Positions 20,535-32,080 of a DNA stretch of 64,000 bases are shown piece after piece. The DNA lies in the NCBI GenBank assembly GCA_965644495.1, contig CBFFSA010000005.1:124001-188000 (forward strand), in the 5' to 3' direction. A model generated the notes under the pieces. The model saw nothing but the letters and a program-made list of their open reading frames with translations. It was not told where the DNA came from and made no database searches. A program made the position numbers and the translations under genes. The stretch's first letter is position 1, and each line of letters starts with the position of its first letter. Source of the DNA: Perkinsela sp. CCAP 1560/9. Its lineage: Eukaryota > Protista > Euglenozoa: Kinetoplastea.

Positions 20535-20911
20535 AAAAGATCAAGAATAATCTACTTTTTTGGGGGGAAAAGCTCGATTTTTCGGCAAAAACTGCGAAAT
20601 TTTACACCGAATTTGGGCCGTTTTGGATGCCTTACCAGTAGGGGTAGGAGGCGAATCTGACGAAAAAGACGTCGTAGAATGGTAGCTGAGGTCCCAAACT
20701 CCTAAAACATGTTTTAGGAGTCGATTTTGGAAAAATAATATTTTTACTTTTTTTTGGGTCAAAAAAAAAAAAATTGTCACCCCAAAAATTTCGGAAACTT
20801 TGACCTTGTCGGACCCCTCCCGCGCGTACCAGGGGGGGTACCCCCATGGGGGGGGGGGAATTATCGCCGCGGTCTACTCTACCACTTCCCTGCGCTTGAT
20901 TTTCTATTATA

Positions 20912-21844
20912 AACCCCCGCTCACGAAAAGTGACCCCCCTCTTTTTTTTCGTACAAATGTCCGTTTGAGCTCATTTTTGTTGCATTTTGCAGATCTCAAC
21001 ACAAGGACTTTGCGCGTGCAGAAATGAGACAAAAAGAAACGAATACGCACAATTTAGAGAGGAATTACCATTTTGTCACTTTTTCGCCCTTCAATCTTAT
21101 ACACTCCTTAAGTTGAGAATCAAAACTTAATACTGTTTTGTCGATCACTATTTGAGTTAAAGAAGACCATGCTTTACATACACATCGGATAAGTGAAGGT
21201 TTGTCCGATGGGGTTTGTTCGTCTACCGCCTCTTGGACCATAGACCAGACGTTTTCTATGGGGGAAAGGTCGGGCGAGTTGGGGGGCCAGTTTCTTAGAA
21301 CATCACTCATTCAATTCTCAATATACTCTTTGGAGGCACGGGCAGTATGTGCCGTTGCCCCATCCTGTTGAAATACACTATTAGGGGGGAAATCTACCTG
21401 TTTTAATGTTTCTATGTACGTCTCACTTGTAATAGATGTGTCATTGTAGATGTCTCACTTGTAATAGATGGTCACAGGACTCAAAGTGTATTCCCCGCTA
21501 GATTTTTTTTCGTTCAGATATTTTTTGATTATCCTTCTAGAGACGTTAAAATCACGGGATAATTGTTTTATCGGAACACCTTCTGCCTGTCTCATCTTCA
21601 AAAGAACCTTACCACTATCCGTAAGCCCCCCTTTTGGGAGCCGATATGGTGATTTGGTAATTTTTGGAAAAAAAAGTTGAAAAACCAATTATGTTTTTTG
21701 ACTAAATTTTAAAATTTTAAAATGAGCTAAAAACAGCGGGAACGTACAGATCTCGAAATTTTGAACGAAAAAGTGATATGATAACCCACCGACGCCCCCC
21801 TGTGCTAAAAATAAGGGGGGGTCACTTATTCGTGAGCGGGGGTT
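20912..21844 (-). mobile_element. Internally deleted Tc1-like element (family D)
   Basis: TA-flanked TIRs aacccccgctcacgaa(a/t)agtgacccccc. The minus strand carries FQQDG/ATAHTARASKEYIEN*MSDVLRNWPPNSPDLSPIENVW (about DD35E) and an HTH fragment at 21455-21688. Confidence 0.9.
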
Positions 21845-22118
21845 TATTACTGTGTTTCTCTTTACACTCCCGTTCACATTTACTGCCCGCAATTGAGTGA
21901 GCGGCTCGTGGGAGCTTTTTAACTAATTCCTTCGCGATACGACATGTACGTCCGTTGTGCACCTTAGAAAAATGCGTTTTCGTTCATTATCTCCATATTA
22001 ACGCAGCTAGAATATATTTACGTGATTTTTATCCATTTTTCTACGTTCACATTTCGTATTTTTCAAGATTTTCGCATTTTTTTTGCTATAAAACATTATT
22101 TCGTACGCCAATTGACCA

Positions 22119-23375
22119 ATGTATCATCCAGACGATGGTCTAATCCGCCTTCTGAATGGAAAACTCATGTGTCTTGATGCAGACGGCTATGATGCCCCAC
22201 AGGTTACACAGAATGAGGTTTCTGACTGCGGGCTGTACGACACCCCGAGAATTACAACATCAGTTGCAACCCGCGTGAAAAAGGAAATCACCGGTCTGAT
22301 TGCTGTCGGTGAGCTCTCCGACTACGATAAACCGATTATCACCACTTCAGTCGGAACCCGCGTGGGGGAGGACAGTATCGATCCAATCCCTGCTTCAGTG
22401 GCAAGAGGGTTTGACGTTCACAAGGCTCCGCAACATAACACGCAAAGAAAATATGCAGATGTGAAAAAAATTCGACGTTTGTCAAGCAAAATCAAACGTT
22501 TTGAAACGAAGATAGAAAAAAACTGCAAAAATTTTGCTATTGCGCTAGAGAACCTAGCAACTTTGCGAGAAGAGAACGTCATTTCAGCCAACACCAAAAA
22601 GAAATTAGAAGAGCGAAATAGACTCATAGAAGCAGAGTGTGATTCCAAGGCACTACATGAAAAGCATTTTTTCGAGATGATGCTCAGGCAAGACTCGACC
22701 TTATTCGACCGTTTGGTTTTCTCTGACGAAACACCAATTTTAGCAGGAGATCTGAGCAAGAAGGCATGGCAGCACCCTGACGCTCCCGTCTTTATGGGTC
22801 GCACTCATCATCCAACGCAAGTTATGGTGTGGGGAGCTTTTGATAGATTCAGAAATTACACGTACCATTGGTGCGCGTTCGAAGAATTTTATTATTCCTA
22901 CATTGCATCAGGAGGAACAGAAGCCATTCCACCGAACAAGGGCTTGGGAAGTTTATATTACCGCAAGGAAATATTAGACAAAACTTTTTTGCCATGTCCC
23001 AAGACCGTAATTCTGTCCTGGTGGATGATGGAGCCCCTGGGCATCGAGCGAAGGATACGATGCAGTGGTGGGAAGCTCGCGGGGATCTTACCATGCTACG
23101 CTTACTGCAAGCAGAGGAAGATGGGCCTTTTCTTCGTTGGCCAGCGGACTCCCCTGATCTCAACCCGATAGAGAATCTTTGGGACGCAGTAAAGCGCTTC
23201 AAAAATAAGAAGAGGCCACGAACCAGGCAAGAAATTATGTTCCTCTTTATATTTTCACTGTTTTTGTTCACTTTTTTCCAATAATAGAGGGTAGAGCGGT
23301 AATTTCGCTTCATTTCCATTGAGAAAATGCATGAAAGGATCATTTACTGTATTTGAGCTGAACAGATAGTTTGAA
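22119..23375 (+). pseudogene. Tc1/IS630-like transposase, frameshifted, DD47E spacing
   Basis: LVFSDET and VMVWGAF are in the first frame. After a -1 shift near 22990 come LVDDGAPGH...WPADSPDLNPIENLW, followed by a decayed tail (KMHERIIYCI) with stops. Confidence 0.88.
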
Positions 23376-23443
23376 CAACGGACTGTTTTTTTTTTCAGAA
23401 GTACATGTTTTAGTGTTTTTTACTGTTAGAATCGATTTGAATA

Positions 23444-25591
23444 ATGAGACAGACTTGCTCGCGTCGCCTCCAGGTTGGGCGAGCCGCGTATATAAGCCCC
23501 GGAAGGCAATATGAGACTTCATTGGACAGTGAAACACAGGTGAACATTCTCACCGCACTAAAGTCCACTTCAACATTTGTGGGTCGAAAAGATATTCGTG
23601 CTGGCAAGCTTATAGCTCGTGACCGCGCATTAGATTCGCCGTACGTGTCAGAAATGCGAACCTGCTGTACGCATCGTGTTGATGAAGGGACATGCAGGAT
23701 TTCGTTGCTTTACAATGTAAACCCGCGTGATACTGTTTTGCAAGAAGGACCGGCGGTTTTCACACCTTGGGTCAAACAAGCAGAGTGTAGAGATAACTGT
23801 ACTTGGCTTCAAAATCCTAGTTTTGTGCTCTGGATTGAGGGACTTCCTTTATCTGTCGTTTTAAAGTGTCTTCGGACATTAGTTGCTCCATATGAAGCGA
23901 GGGTATCTCTTTATGGGGGTTCCTTCCCCTATACTACTTGTTCTGCCCGAGTGGTACAAATTCGGGGAACGGTTCCCGTACATTGTTTGGCTTGTTTCCA
24001 GATGCGAAACGCGTACATATCGGAGCCTTCTAGTAGCGGGAAATGTAGATCAATGACTGAAGAAGACACACCACCATACACAGCTCACGTGCTTCTTCGA
24101 CGCGTACGGCTTGAAAAGGGCGGTTCTCATATTATTGATGAGAAAATGGCGAGGTTGATGAACAGGGGCTTTATTAACTATTATGGGCTTGCCCGCTTAC
24201 AATATTTTTATAGCGCTCGCCCGCTTCTACATCGCCGTTGGTCTGATATCCTGCCTCAAATGATTTTACAGGCTTTTACCTCGCACGATCAAGCTCCCTT
24301 GGAGCTGTCACAATATTGTAAAACAAAAAGCACCTCGGACGCCTCAAAACTGCTTTCTGCGATAAAGCGGATCTCGAAACTTCACTCACCCGCTAACAAT
24401 AGCTATCAAGATCGAAGCTCCCAATTCCCCCGGCTCCCTTCATGGATCGAGTGCGCCCTGACAGCTGTAGTGGAGAGTGGAGGCAACCACTTGACAAGCC
24501 TGCGACACATTCCAGCCCTGCGGCTGCGAGACTGCATACTTGCGGTTCAGTGCCGCATGTGGAATTACCTCGCGGGGCAGAGAGTCCAACGGTATGGCAG
24601 CGATCGTGTGGTCGTTGGCGACCTCGTTGTGGATCACGCTTTGCGGAAAGCGTTCTCATGTACAACTTTTCCTCGCTATGTGGTGCGACATGTACGGGAT
24701 GAAGAAGATGCGAAACGGTTTCGTATCTTTGATGTTGTCTTACCCCTACCGTATAACAGTTCTCCGTTACACGAAACTGACTTTCCGAGATTGGAAGGGG
24801 TTAATTCAAAGGCGTATGTGGAGCTTGCACAAAGGTGGGCGGTAGAGAGCTTTTGGAAAATTCCAGATGATATTGGCGCTCTCTGTGAAATGAAACCTCT
24901 TTGGCCAGAGTATCGCCTTGTGGTATCGAGGCCATTGTCTTTAAAGCATCGTCTTATGCTTGATCCTCTACCCCCTGTATTCTCTGGCCGACGATTACCA
25001 AGTCAACTTATTCCAGATGCCGCTAGAATATTAGTGAACGACAGAATAGCATTTGAACTGCGTCAACATTCTGCAGACGAAAACAACGATTCGGTAGCAC
25101 ATCAAAAAACGAGAATATTGGATAGATTTCGTGTTAGTAGGTTAGCGAGCATGTCTCCGATGCTGTCTCCGGTTGTACGAGAACGATTAAAGGAACAGAA
25201 CATCAGCCTTCCAAATCTACCTTTAGGCGATCCTTTCACTTACAGCAGCGTGAGTCTTGCGCTTGAAATACAACTACCTTATGACGTTAATCTCACAAGT
25301 TGCTTGCGTGAAACCTTTGCATTACTTCCCCCGTCTACAAAAGAGGAGTTGATGTACCAGCGGGACGTCGCATCGGCGTACTACAGTAGCGCACCTGATT
25401 TTGGAAAAGCATCTTTATACGCCGATGCAGACGGAATGACCAAATTTTATGAAGACGTCGCGCCAAGTCCTGATAAAAAAGTTGCGGTTCACAAGGACGC
25501 GTCAACGAAGTCCTGGATTTGTGAGTTTTGTGGCTCTCCAAACACTTCTATGAGAAGACAATGCGGGGTGTGTGGCGTGGAACCCTCTTAA
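23444..25591 (+). CDS. TruD/PUS7-like pseudouridine synthase-fold protein with C-terminal RanBP2-type zinc finger
   Basis: FVGRKDIRA, GFINYYG, WNYLAGQRVQRYG..VVVGDLV and IFDVVLPLP; zinc finger WICEFCGSPN..CGVCG. Confidence 0.8.
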   Translation: MRQTCSRRLQVGRAAYISPGRQYETSLDSETQVNILTALKSTSTFVGRKDIRAGKLIARDRALDSPYVSEMRTCCTHRVDEGTCRISLLYNVNPRDTVLQEGPAVFTPWVKQAECRDNCTWLQNPSFVLWIEGLPLSVVLKCLRTLVAPYEARVSLYGGSFPYTTCSARVVQIRGTVPVHCLACFQMRNAYISEPSSSGKCRSMTEEDTPPYTAHVLLRRVRLEKGGSHIIDEKMARLMNRGFINYYGLARLQYFYSARPLLHRRWSDILPQMILQAFTSHDQAPLELSQYCKTKSTSDASKLLSAIKRISKLHSPANNSYQDRSSQFPRLPSWIECALTAVVESGGNHLTSLRHIPALRLRDCILAVQCRMWNYLAGQRVQRYGSDRVVVGDLVVDHALRKAFSCTTFPRYVVRHVRDEEDAKRFRIFDVVLPLPYNSSPLHETDFPRLEGVNSKAYVELAQRWAVESFWKIPDDIGALCEMKPLWPEYRLVVSRPLSLKHRLMLDPLPPVFSGRRLPSQLIPDAARILVNDRIAFELRQHSADENNDSVAHQKTRILDRFRVSRLASMSPMLSPVVRERLKEQNISLPNLPLGDPFTYSSVSLALEIQLPYDVNLTSCLRETFALLPPSTKEELMYQRDVASAYYSSAPDFGKASLYADADGMTKFYEDVAPSPDKKVAVHKDASTKSWICEFCGSPNTSMRRQCGVCGVEPS

Positions 25592-25897
25592 AAGGGACTA
25601 AAAGTCAATTTGGCGTTGTGCTCCATGCGGTTCATAGTCAACTTCGACTAACCAGAATCTACTTTATGTATTATTTCATTCTTTCATATTACGCTACTCT
25701 ATATTTCACTCTTTATCATAAGTTGTGGAATATGCCTTCGACCGGAGCGGTAGTTATACAATCACCATTGATTGTCAATGGTTTCTGAAGAATGAAAAAA
25801 TTACAACGAATGTCCGTACGTGTATACTGATGATCCTTGCTTGTTGTTTTTTCTCTGATATAAAACAAGAGTCAAACTTTTACGTGGGTCCTTCGTG

Positions 25898-27130
25898 ATG
25901 TACAAAAGCCATCATGCCAGAAAAATTGGTCAACAAAGAAAGAAGGCCTATATTGCAGCCTACATGAAAGCGCAGCAGGCCAACAACCAATTCTTCCGTA
26001 TTGGGGCTGCCTCTATCTTACAACGTTCTCCAGGCGTGACGAAACCCCCCGAGGTCATACGTTTCGGGGCGTGGCGCCTTCCGCAACGAACAAAGCATCA
26101 AATTTGGAGAGCTCGAAGCACACAAAGTCAAGTTGAGCAGAGCGCTATCGATCGGATCCCGGATCCCACCTATCTGGGCTCTGTACCACATGTATGGGAA
26201 ATATTGAAAAGCAATGCAACACATGGCGGAGCATCTGATTCGTGTGAGAAACCTGCACAAATGCCATCTGAGCTAGAAGGGGTGCGAACTGCGAGAGCGA
26301 TAAGTGAAACGGTAATACCAACGTATGCCAGTCCGGTTCATCTAGAATTACTACGAACACAGAAAAGCTGGCTGCGTGCCCTTGATATTTGCGTACACCA
26401 TTTATGGGTAAATTTAGCGCGAGTTGAGAAAGAGGAAACTCCGGCATCACGCAATTACAGGTCTGATGGTACTGGCAAAGCGCTTATTCAATGGAGAAAC
26501 ACGTCAAGGGTAAGAAATATAAGGAATGAATCAAAGAATAAACAAGACCAGCTCGCGGTTGTTGTTTCATTGTGTCCGAAGGACTGTAAGAAGTCACCAT
26601 GGATATGCTATCGGATCGCCCGTCACTGTCAGGTACGACCACGGATGGACACGCTTCTTTCACTGCTTGCCCGAAACGGGGATGATGGAAATTGGAAAAC
26701 GGCAATGAAGCTGATGACCGACTCACTCCAAGGTCATGACACCAAAGAACATGGAACAACAGATAGAATTTACAACACAGCTTTCCTACACGATTTAGAG
26801 TCCCAATTTGCTCTGTTGATAAATATTGTAGGTACACGAAAGCAAGTTATTCACAAAATTTTAGACCACGTAGAGACGTATTTTCCCCAGCTCAGAAGTA
26901 GTCCCGCAATCTGGGCCGCCTACATGAAAAGTAAGGTGTGTGGATGGAGAGAGTGCATAGACCTTTATCTTCATAACTTTCCCAAATATCACGTGAGTTC
27001 AGATACCAGACTGTTCAACACCTTATTACAAAGATGTACAAGCGCGGGTGCTCTCGGGGTTGCAAGATCTGTACTTGAGATTATGGCAACAAAAGGTATT
27101 CCTCAGTCGACAACAAATATGCCAGAATAA
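25898..27130 (+). CDS. PPR-containing protein, likely mitochondrial
   Basis: C-terminal PPR DTRLFNTLLQRCTSAGALGVARSVLEIMATKGIP and a basic N-terminus. Confidence 0.7.
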   Translation: MYKSHHARKIGQQRKKAYIAAYMKAQQANNQFFRIGAASILQRSPGVTKPPEVIRFGAWRLPQRTKHQIWRARSTQSQVEQSAIDRIPDPTYLGSVPHVWEILKSNATHGGASDSCEKPAQMPSELEGVRTARAISETVIPTYASPVHLELLRTQKSWLRALDICVHHLWVNLARVEKEETPASRNYRSDGTGKALIQWRNTSRVRNIRNESKNKQDQLAVVVSLCPKDCKKSPWICYRIARHCQVRPRMDTLLSLLARNGDDGNWKTAMKLMTDSLQGHDTKEHGTTDRIYNTAFLHDLESQFALLINIVGTRKQVIHKILDHVETYFPQLRSSPAIWAAYMKSKVCGWRECIDLYLHNFPKYHVSSDTRLFNTLLQRCTSAGALGVARSVLEIMATKGIPQSTTNMPE

Positions 27131-27258
27131 TGTTTCAGAATTTTAATGAAACTTTCATTAAAATTCGCTAAAATGCTACTTTCGGATGATATTAACTCTC
27201 GGGCCTGCTTGTCAATCGAATACACAACCGTTCTTGAAACTATTGTAACGGCACATTA

Positions 27259-28238
27259 GAGGGTTGAAACCTGTTAAGTTTTGCCGGGTTTTGCCAAGTT
27301 TTGCCTGGTTTTGCCAGGATACCTATTTTTGGGGGCGTCATTTTGGTAGACGTGTCACGGCTTCAAGAAGGGGTATCTTGCGAAAACAACGGCGTAGAAA
27401 GCTAGTATAGGTCCCAAACTCTCAAACTACTATAGGTGAAACGATTTTGAAAAGCTGTTTTTGGTCAAAAGGGCATATTTTTGTACCAAATAGTTTGTTC
27501 AATGAAATTTCTCCCCGACGAGTAGAAGAAAGTTCTTAAACTAACAAAAACTTTTTACCCTTCCTCATTAATATTGTACAGAAATATTACAAATGCTTGC
27601 ATTGCGGGATTGCAATCACCTTTCACCTTCGCATGGCGCTGAAGAGTTTTTAAAAATTCTAGTAAGGAATGTTCATCCCGTAAGTCAATGGTAAGATTTT
27701 ACTCACTCAAATATATCACACCCTTCGCGGTAGAAGCTCATATTGTTGCATGAAATGTAATTTTAAAGGTGATGCTAACTTTCTTTTTATAACGGTTCCT
27801 TTGTAATGGAGGACTCTAATAAATTATTTAGTCAAATACTACAAAAATCGTTTTCAGTCAGTCGGAAGAGTTGGTACAAAAATATGCCCTTTTCACCCTG
27901 TTTTTTAAGCCATGTTTTTCGCCAAGTTGACTTTTTTCTCAACTTTCTTTTCAGAAAAAAACGAACTCGGCGGCCCCGTACTGTTGATACCAGGGGGAGT
28001 CGTCCCGGAGTACGGGAGTGGAAAATGTGCGCGAAAACCTCGGCTACCCTTTCTCGGGGTGTTTTTCGAAAAATAATTTTTTCAAAATTTTCATTTTTTG
28101 TGGCGCGAAAATACTTTGCAGCGCACGATGGAGATCAAGTATATTCTTCACTATTTTAGACAAAGGAGTTTCCTTCGCCACGTCAATGAGGAATATGCGG
28201 ATTTTGCCAGGTTTTGCCTTTCATATGTTTCAACCCTC
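27259..28238 (+). mobile_element. MITE family A copy carrying a nested Merlin MITE
   Basis: TIR gagggttgaaac / gtttcaaccctc with an exact TTA duplication (27256-58 and 28239-41). Removing the insert leaves 537 bp colinear with 14284-14826. Confidence 0.9.
27463..27897. mobile_element. Non-autonomous Merlin-like element, 435 bp
   Basis: TIR ggt(c/g)aaaagggcatatttttgtaccaa and 8-bp TSD ctgttttt (27455-62 and 27898-905). The homologous site near 14470 is empty. Confidence 0.9.
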
Positions 28239-28505
28239 TTAGTCTTGTTACGTTGATGTCGTCATACATGTACAATATAAATTTTTCTTATGTCAGACGA
28301 TAGAGTTAAGGAGATTGAACACATAGCATTGTAAAAAGTCAAAATTGTATACTCCCCCTCTAATAACCAACTACTTTTTGGGATAAGGTGACATACATTT
28401 TATGTGTACTTGACCGGGTAGAGTAAGTTAGTGAAGGTGTACAGTATATCATTTACAAGTTCTCCAGTCTGAATCCCCGTAAAAATATTAGTATAGCGCA
28501 CATAC

Positions 28506-29741
28506 ATGACCAGTCGTAAGGAATCAGCATTGCGATGGCCAGATTTGCATCAGCAAGCAATATTAGAGGTACAAACAAAGCTGAGCTATACGTGTGTTAA
28601 CCATACCGATGCGCAATATTATTCACCAATTCTAAGCGAGAAACTTATATGGGAGATTGCACTCGAGCGTAACTGGGATAAGTTGTGTGGTTCTGTTATC
28701 TGCGCGAACCGAAAAACAAATTTACATCCTTCGAAAGCAATAGATCCGCAAAGATTTTGGTTTTGTGGTGACACCTGCCTTTCCTGGATGAGAAAGTACG
28801 CAGAAGAGTGCTCGAGCCAGAGGTTTGATCCGCATAGAGTTTTTCTATTGCTTAACGCCATTTTTCCAGCACATTCACTAGATGACCTTGAGAGGGCATA
28901 CAACAAATATGTATGCACCGCTACAAGCCCAAGATCTCCGAAGACGAAAGCCGACATCTCTGGCACTGCGACTCCTAGTCGTTCAAATAAAGTTCTTGCA
29001 GAACGTACCAACTCGGAACGTATAGTTGTGAGTTCGCGTAAGACCGGTGGTTCGTTATGGAGTAGCGAGGCAAATAAAACTCCGATAACTCAAAACGTTT
29101 TCAAAGGGCACCGACGCGATGAACGCAACGTCCACCTAATCGATGAGCTACAAAATGCTACTGGTGCCACTTTGCTCACGGAAGGTATTCACAGCGATAT
29201 TTTGTTGGGTGAAGAACAGTCAGGTGATATAGATTCTGATGACGATGATAATGTTGGACTTGTCAGGGAGTCGCTGTATAGCGGTGTTCCGATGCTACAC
29301 AGTCTCTTGTTATCGTGGATAACTCCCCAAACGCAAGATGTCCTTCGCTCTGAATGTGAGTCGGAATATCGTCATCCAATTGGGACCATGAATTCTTATC
29401 AGAAACTGGTCGATGAGCGCGTAATTGATTCACTTCATAGTTATGGTTTTGATATACCTCCCAGAACACGTCAAAGCATCCGTCAAGTGGTCGAAACTTT
29501 TAAAATACATCCTACGTACCTTCGAGAGCTTGGCGAAATTGATGATTCCGGAGAATTCCTGTCCACTAATAGTAACGAAGATTTATGGCTTGGCTTAGGA
29601 TTGGTACTACTATGGAGATTAACAAACAGTCTTAATGGCAACATCAGGGAGAAAATTCAATACGTATGGGAAACGCACCTGAAGTTTAAGTCGGAAGAAA
29701 TTCTGTTTCTAGTTAAGAACTTCGAAGGACAACGCCAATAG
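28506..29741 (+). CDS. RPAP2/Rtr1-like protein
   Basis: EIALERNWDKLCGSVIC...FWFCGDTC fits the Rtr1/RPAP2 zinc-binding signature. Confidence 0.75.
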   Translation: MTSRKESALRWPDLHQQAILEVQTKLSYTCVNHTDAQYYSPILSEKLIWEIALERNWDKLCGSVICANRKTNLHPSKAIDPQRFWFCGDTCLSWMRKYAEECSSQRFDPHRVFLLLNAIFPAHSLDDLERAYNKYVCTATSPRSPKTKADISGTATPSRSNKVLAERTNSERIVVSSRKTGGSLWSSEANKTPITQNVFKGHRRDERNVHLIDELQNATGATLLTEGIHSDILLGEEQSGDIDSDDDDNVGLVRESLYSGVPMLHSLLLSWITPQTQDVLRSECESEYRHPIGTMNSYQKLVDERVIDSLHSYGFDIPPRTRQSIRQVVETFKIHPTYLRELGEIDDSGEFLSTNSNEDLWLGLGLVLLWRLTNSLNGNIREKIQYVWETHLKFKSEEILFLVKNFEGQRQ

Positions 29742-30037
29742 TGCAGAAGAATCGTTTCTTCTCTTTATTCTCGTATCGTAGTGTGAGGTGAAAAACAGGT
29801 GTATTGTAGCGAGTGCGAAACAGTTAGAGTTACCTCTAATAGTTAGTTAAGAATTGTAGGAAATATAGGACTGAAAAAGTGCATCCCTAGAACTATGAAA
29901 ATATGAAATCTCAAATTCTAGAATAGTGACCAAAATTCTGAATTTGAATTTCAAGATCGAATGTAGACCTTATTTACACATAAAACGTTTTTTTGAAGTG
30001 TGAACGCATCTTTAAGGAAAGATATTTATAGCATAAG

Positions 30038-32011
30038 ATGTCACGCTTTCGAAAGAAGCGTAATCGGCCCAACGTTTGGCATGAATCTCAATCCATTAAC
30101 AATAATGTCAACGAAAACTTTGAAACGTTTTACAGAGCGACGCTACCCTGGGCAGAGGCACAACACGGTTCATGGGATGATTTTCTATCCTCCTTACGGT
30201 TACCACTACCAACTTCTTTTCGACTTAGTAACCATTCAGCCTCACACCGTGAGCGAGTTGAACAACTCGTGAAAGAAATTCGCTTGTGTTTAGAGCAAAA
30301 TAAGTCGGCCCCAGAACCCGATGACAGTGCTGAGGAATCAAACACGTCATGCGCGCATGTGGCAATACGAGAATTAGCGTTTTTGCATTGCGACAGAAAT
30401 GTGGTTTCTCCAACAGCGTGGGATATTTCGATTCCACGTCGTGCTCTTCGAAAAGACTCAAAATTAAGCATATACCACCAACATCTGGTAGCTGAAACGG
30501 AAGCTGGTATTCTCTCACGTCAAGAAGCAGTCAGCATGCTTCCCGTGCACTACCTAGACATTCAAAAAGGACACAAAATACTCGACATGTGCGCAGCTCC
30601 GGGAAGTAAAACATGTCAAATATTAGAAAGAATGGATGAACTTGAAACCGACGAAACAGGGGGATTTCTTATTGCGAACGACGTCGACCCAAAACGGCTT
30701 GCGGTACTCATTCGACAGTGTGCACGACTCTGCGAAGCGAATGCTCGACTTGTGGTAACCAATCACTGCGCCACACGATTCCCACTGATTACCCAATTCG
30801 ATCGAATTCTTTGTGACGTAATGTGCAGCGGGGATGGGACACTACGAAAATCGCCGGACATCTGGCAGCGCTGGTCTCCTATGGATGGGGCCCACATGCA
30901 CCGCTCGCAAACTCGCGTGCTTCATCGAGGCTTACAATTGCTGCGGCCGGGTGGTATTCTTGTGTACAGCACTTGCTCGATGAATCCACTGGAGAACGAG
31001 GCTGTGGTTTTGAACAGCCTTATGCAGTGGAAAGGGGCAGTGAAAATACTTGATGTGAGACACGTGCTTCCCCAACTTCGGTGGGTACCAGGGCTGTGCA
31101 GCTGGAAAGTTATGGATCCGAGTGGAGTCCTGTATGAACAGTTTGAAGAAATGCCTGAGGAGGTACGAACAAGGTATCACATTCGTTCCACTATGTTTCC
31201 CCCAACCAATTGCGACCCGAAAGAGTTTGGTATTGAAAACACTCTAAGAATATTGCCACATTTACAGAATACGGGCGGCTTTTATGTAGCAGTGTTGCAA
31301 AAGCAAGAGGATCTGACGGCGTGTAGCACGAACGCCGCAAGTCACCCAAGGGACTCCCAAGGAACTGAAGCGTGCACTCCTCTTCCCTTGGGACAACGTC
31401 CTTTTTTCGACACATCTTTTTCTGATACAGGGAAGAAAAAGATTTTTCGTAGGTTTATTCCGATGGGACAAAATTATCAAGAGCAAGTACTGAAAGCAAT
31501 CGATTTTAAAGAATCTTTTCGTTGGGAAAACGTCGCTGTGGCAACTGATGCAGATAAAAACCCAAAAGCATATTTCGTAAGCTGTGATGTTCAAGACATC
31601 TTGTCTAGTGCCTATCATGTACTGCACGTAGGTCAGAAGATTTTTGAATTAAGATCGGGTGTGATAAGCTCCGTAAAGCTCGCGCGAGAGGCTGTAAACT
31701 TTCTGAGTGCTCACGTTATCCAGGAGCTTTTATTTCACGTATCAGCTTCGACGCTATTAGGACTTCTGGAAACAGACAGTAAAAAAACTTCAGATGTAAT
31801 TATGGATATTTTGGGAAACAACCACTCCATTTATTCACGTAGGGGACACCACATAATATTAGAATGCAATGTAGCAGACGAATCTATTGTACTGCACGCA
31901 TTGTTGAGATGGAATACGTATCAATCAGAATGGAGCATAGATGTGGATCCCTTGTACAAGCTTTGGATGACTCGCTTGCTTTATGCTTGTAAGCGCACCC
32001 CAAGCGCTTAA
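30038..32011 (+). CDS. NSUN2: tRNA (cytosine-5)-methyltransferase, NSUN2/Trm4 type
   Basis: RQEAVSMLP, LDMCAAPGSKT, FDRILCDVMCSGDGTLRK, VYSTCSMNPLENE and PHLQNTGGFY. Confidence 0.95.
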   Translation: MSRFRKKRNRPNVWHESQSINNNVNENFETFYRATLPWAEAQHGSWDDFLSSLRLPLPTSFRLSNHSASHRERVEQLVKEIRLCLEQNKSAPEPDDSAEESNTSCAHVAIRELAFLHCDRNVVSPTAWDISIPRRALRKDSKLSIYHQHLVAETEAGILSRQEAVSMLPVHYLDIQKGHKILDMCAAPGSKTCQILERMDELETDETGGFLIANDVDPKRLAVLIRQCARLCEANARLVVTNHCATRFPLITQFDRILCDVMCSGDGTLRKSPDIWQRWSPMDGAHMHRSQTRVLHRGLQLLRPGGILVYSTCSMNPLENEAVVLNSLMQWKGAVKILDVRHVLPQLRWVPGLCSWKVMDPSGVLYEQFEEMPEEVRTRYHIRSTMFPPTNCDPKEFGIENTLRILPHLQNTGGFYVAVLQKQEDLTACSTNAASHPRDSQGTEACTPLPLGQRPFFDTSFSDTGKKKIFRRFIPMGQNYQEQVLKAIDFKESFRWENVAVATDADKNPKAYFVSCDVQDILSSAYHVLHVGQKIFELRSGVISSVKLAREAVNFLSAHVIQELLFHVSASTLLGLLETDSKKTSDVIMDILGNNHSIYSRRGHHIILECNVADESIVLHALLRWNTYQSEWSIDVDPLYKLWMTRLLYACKRTPSA

Positions 32012-32080
32012 TCGCATACGCTTAATCGTATGTTATAATAGTATACATTCCACACATATTCATTATGAAGAGCGTTATAA

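Noticed and set aside
23282-23375. In-frame stops in the transposase tail suggesting stop-codon reassignment
   Set aside because: Host genes read fully in the standard code and end in TAA, TAG or TGA. Decay is the simpler explanation.
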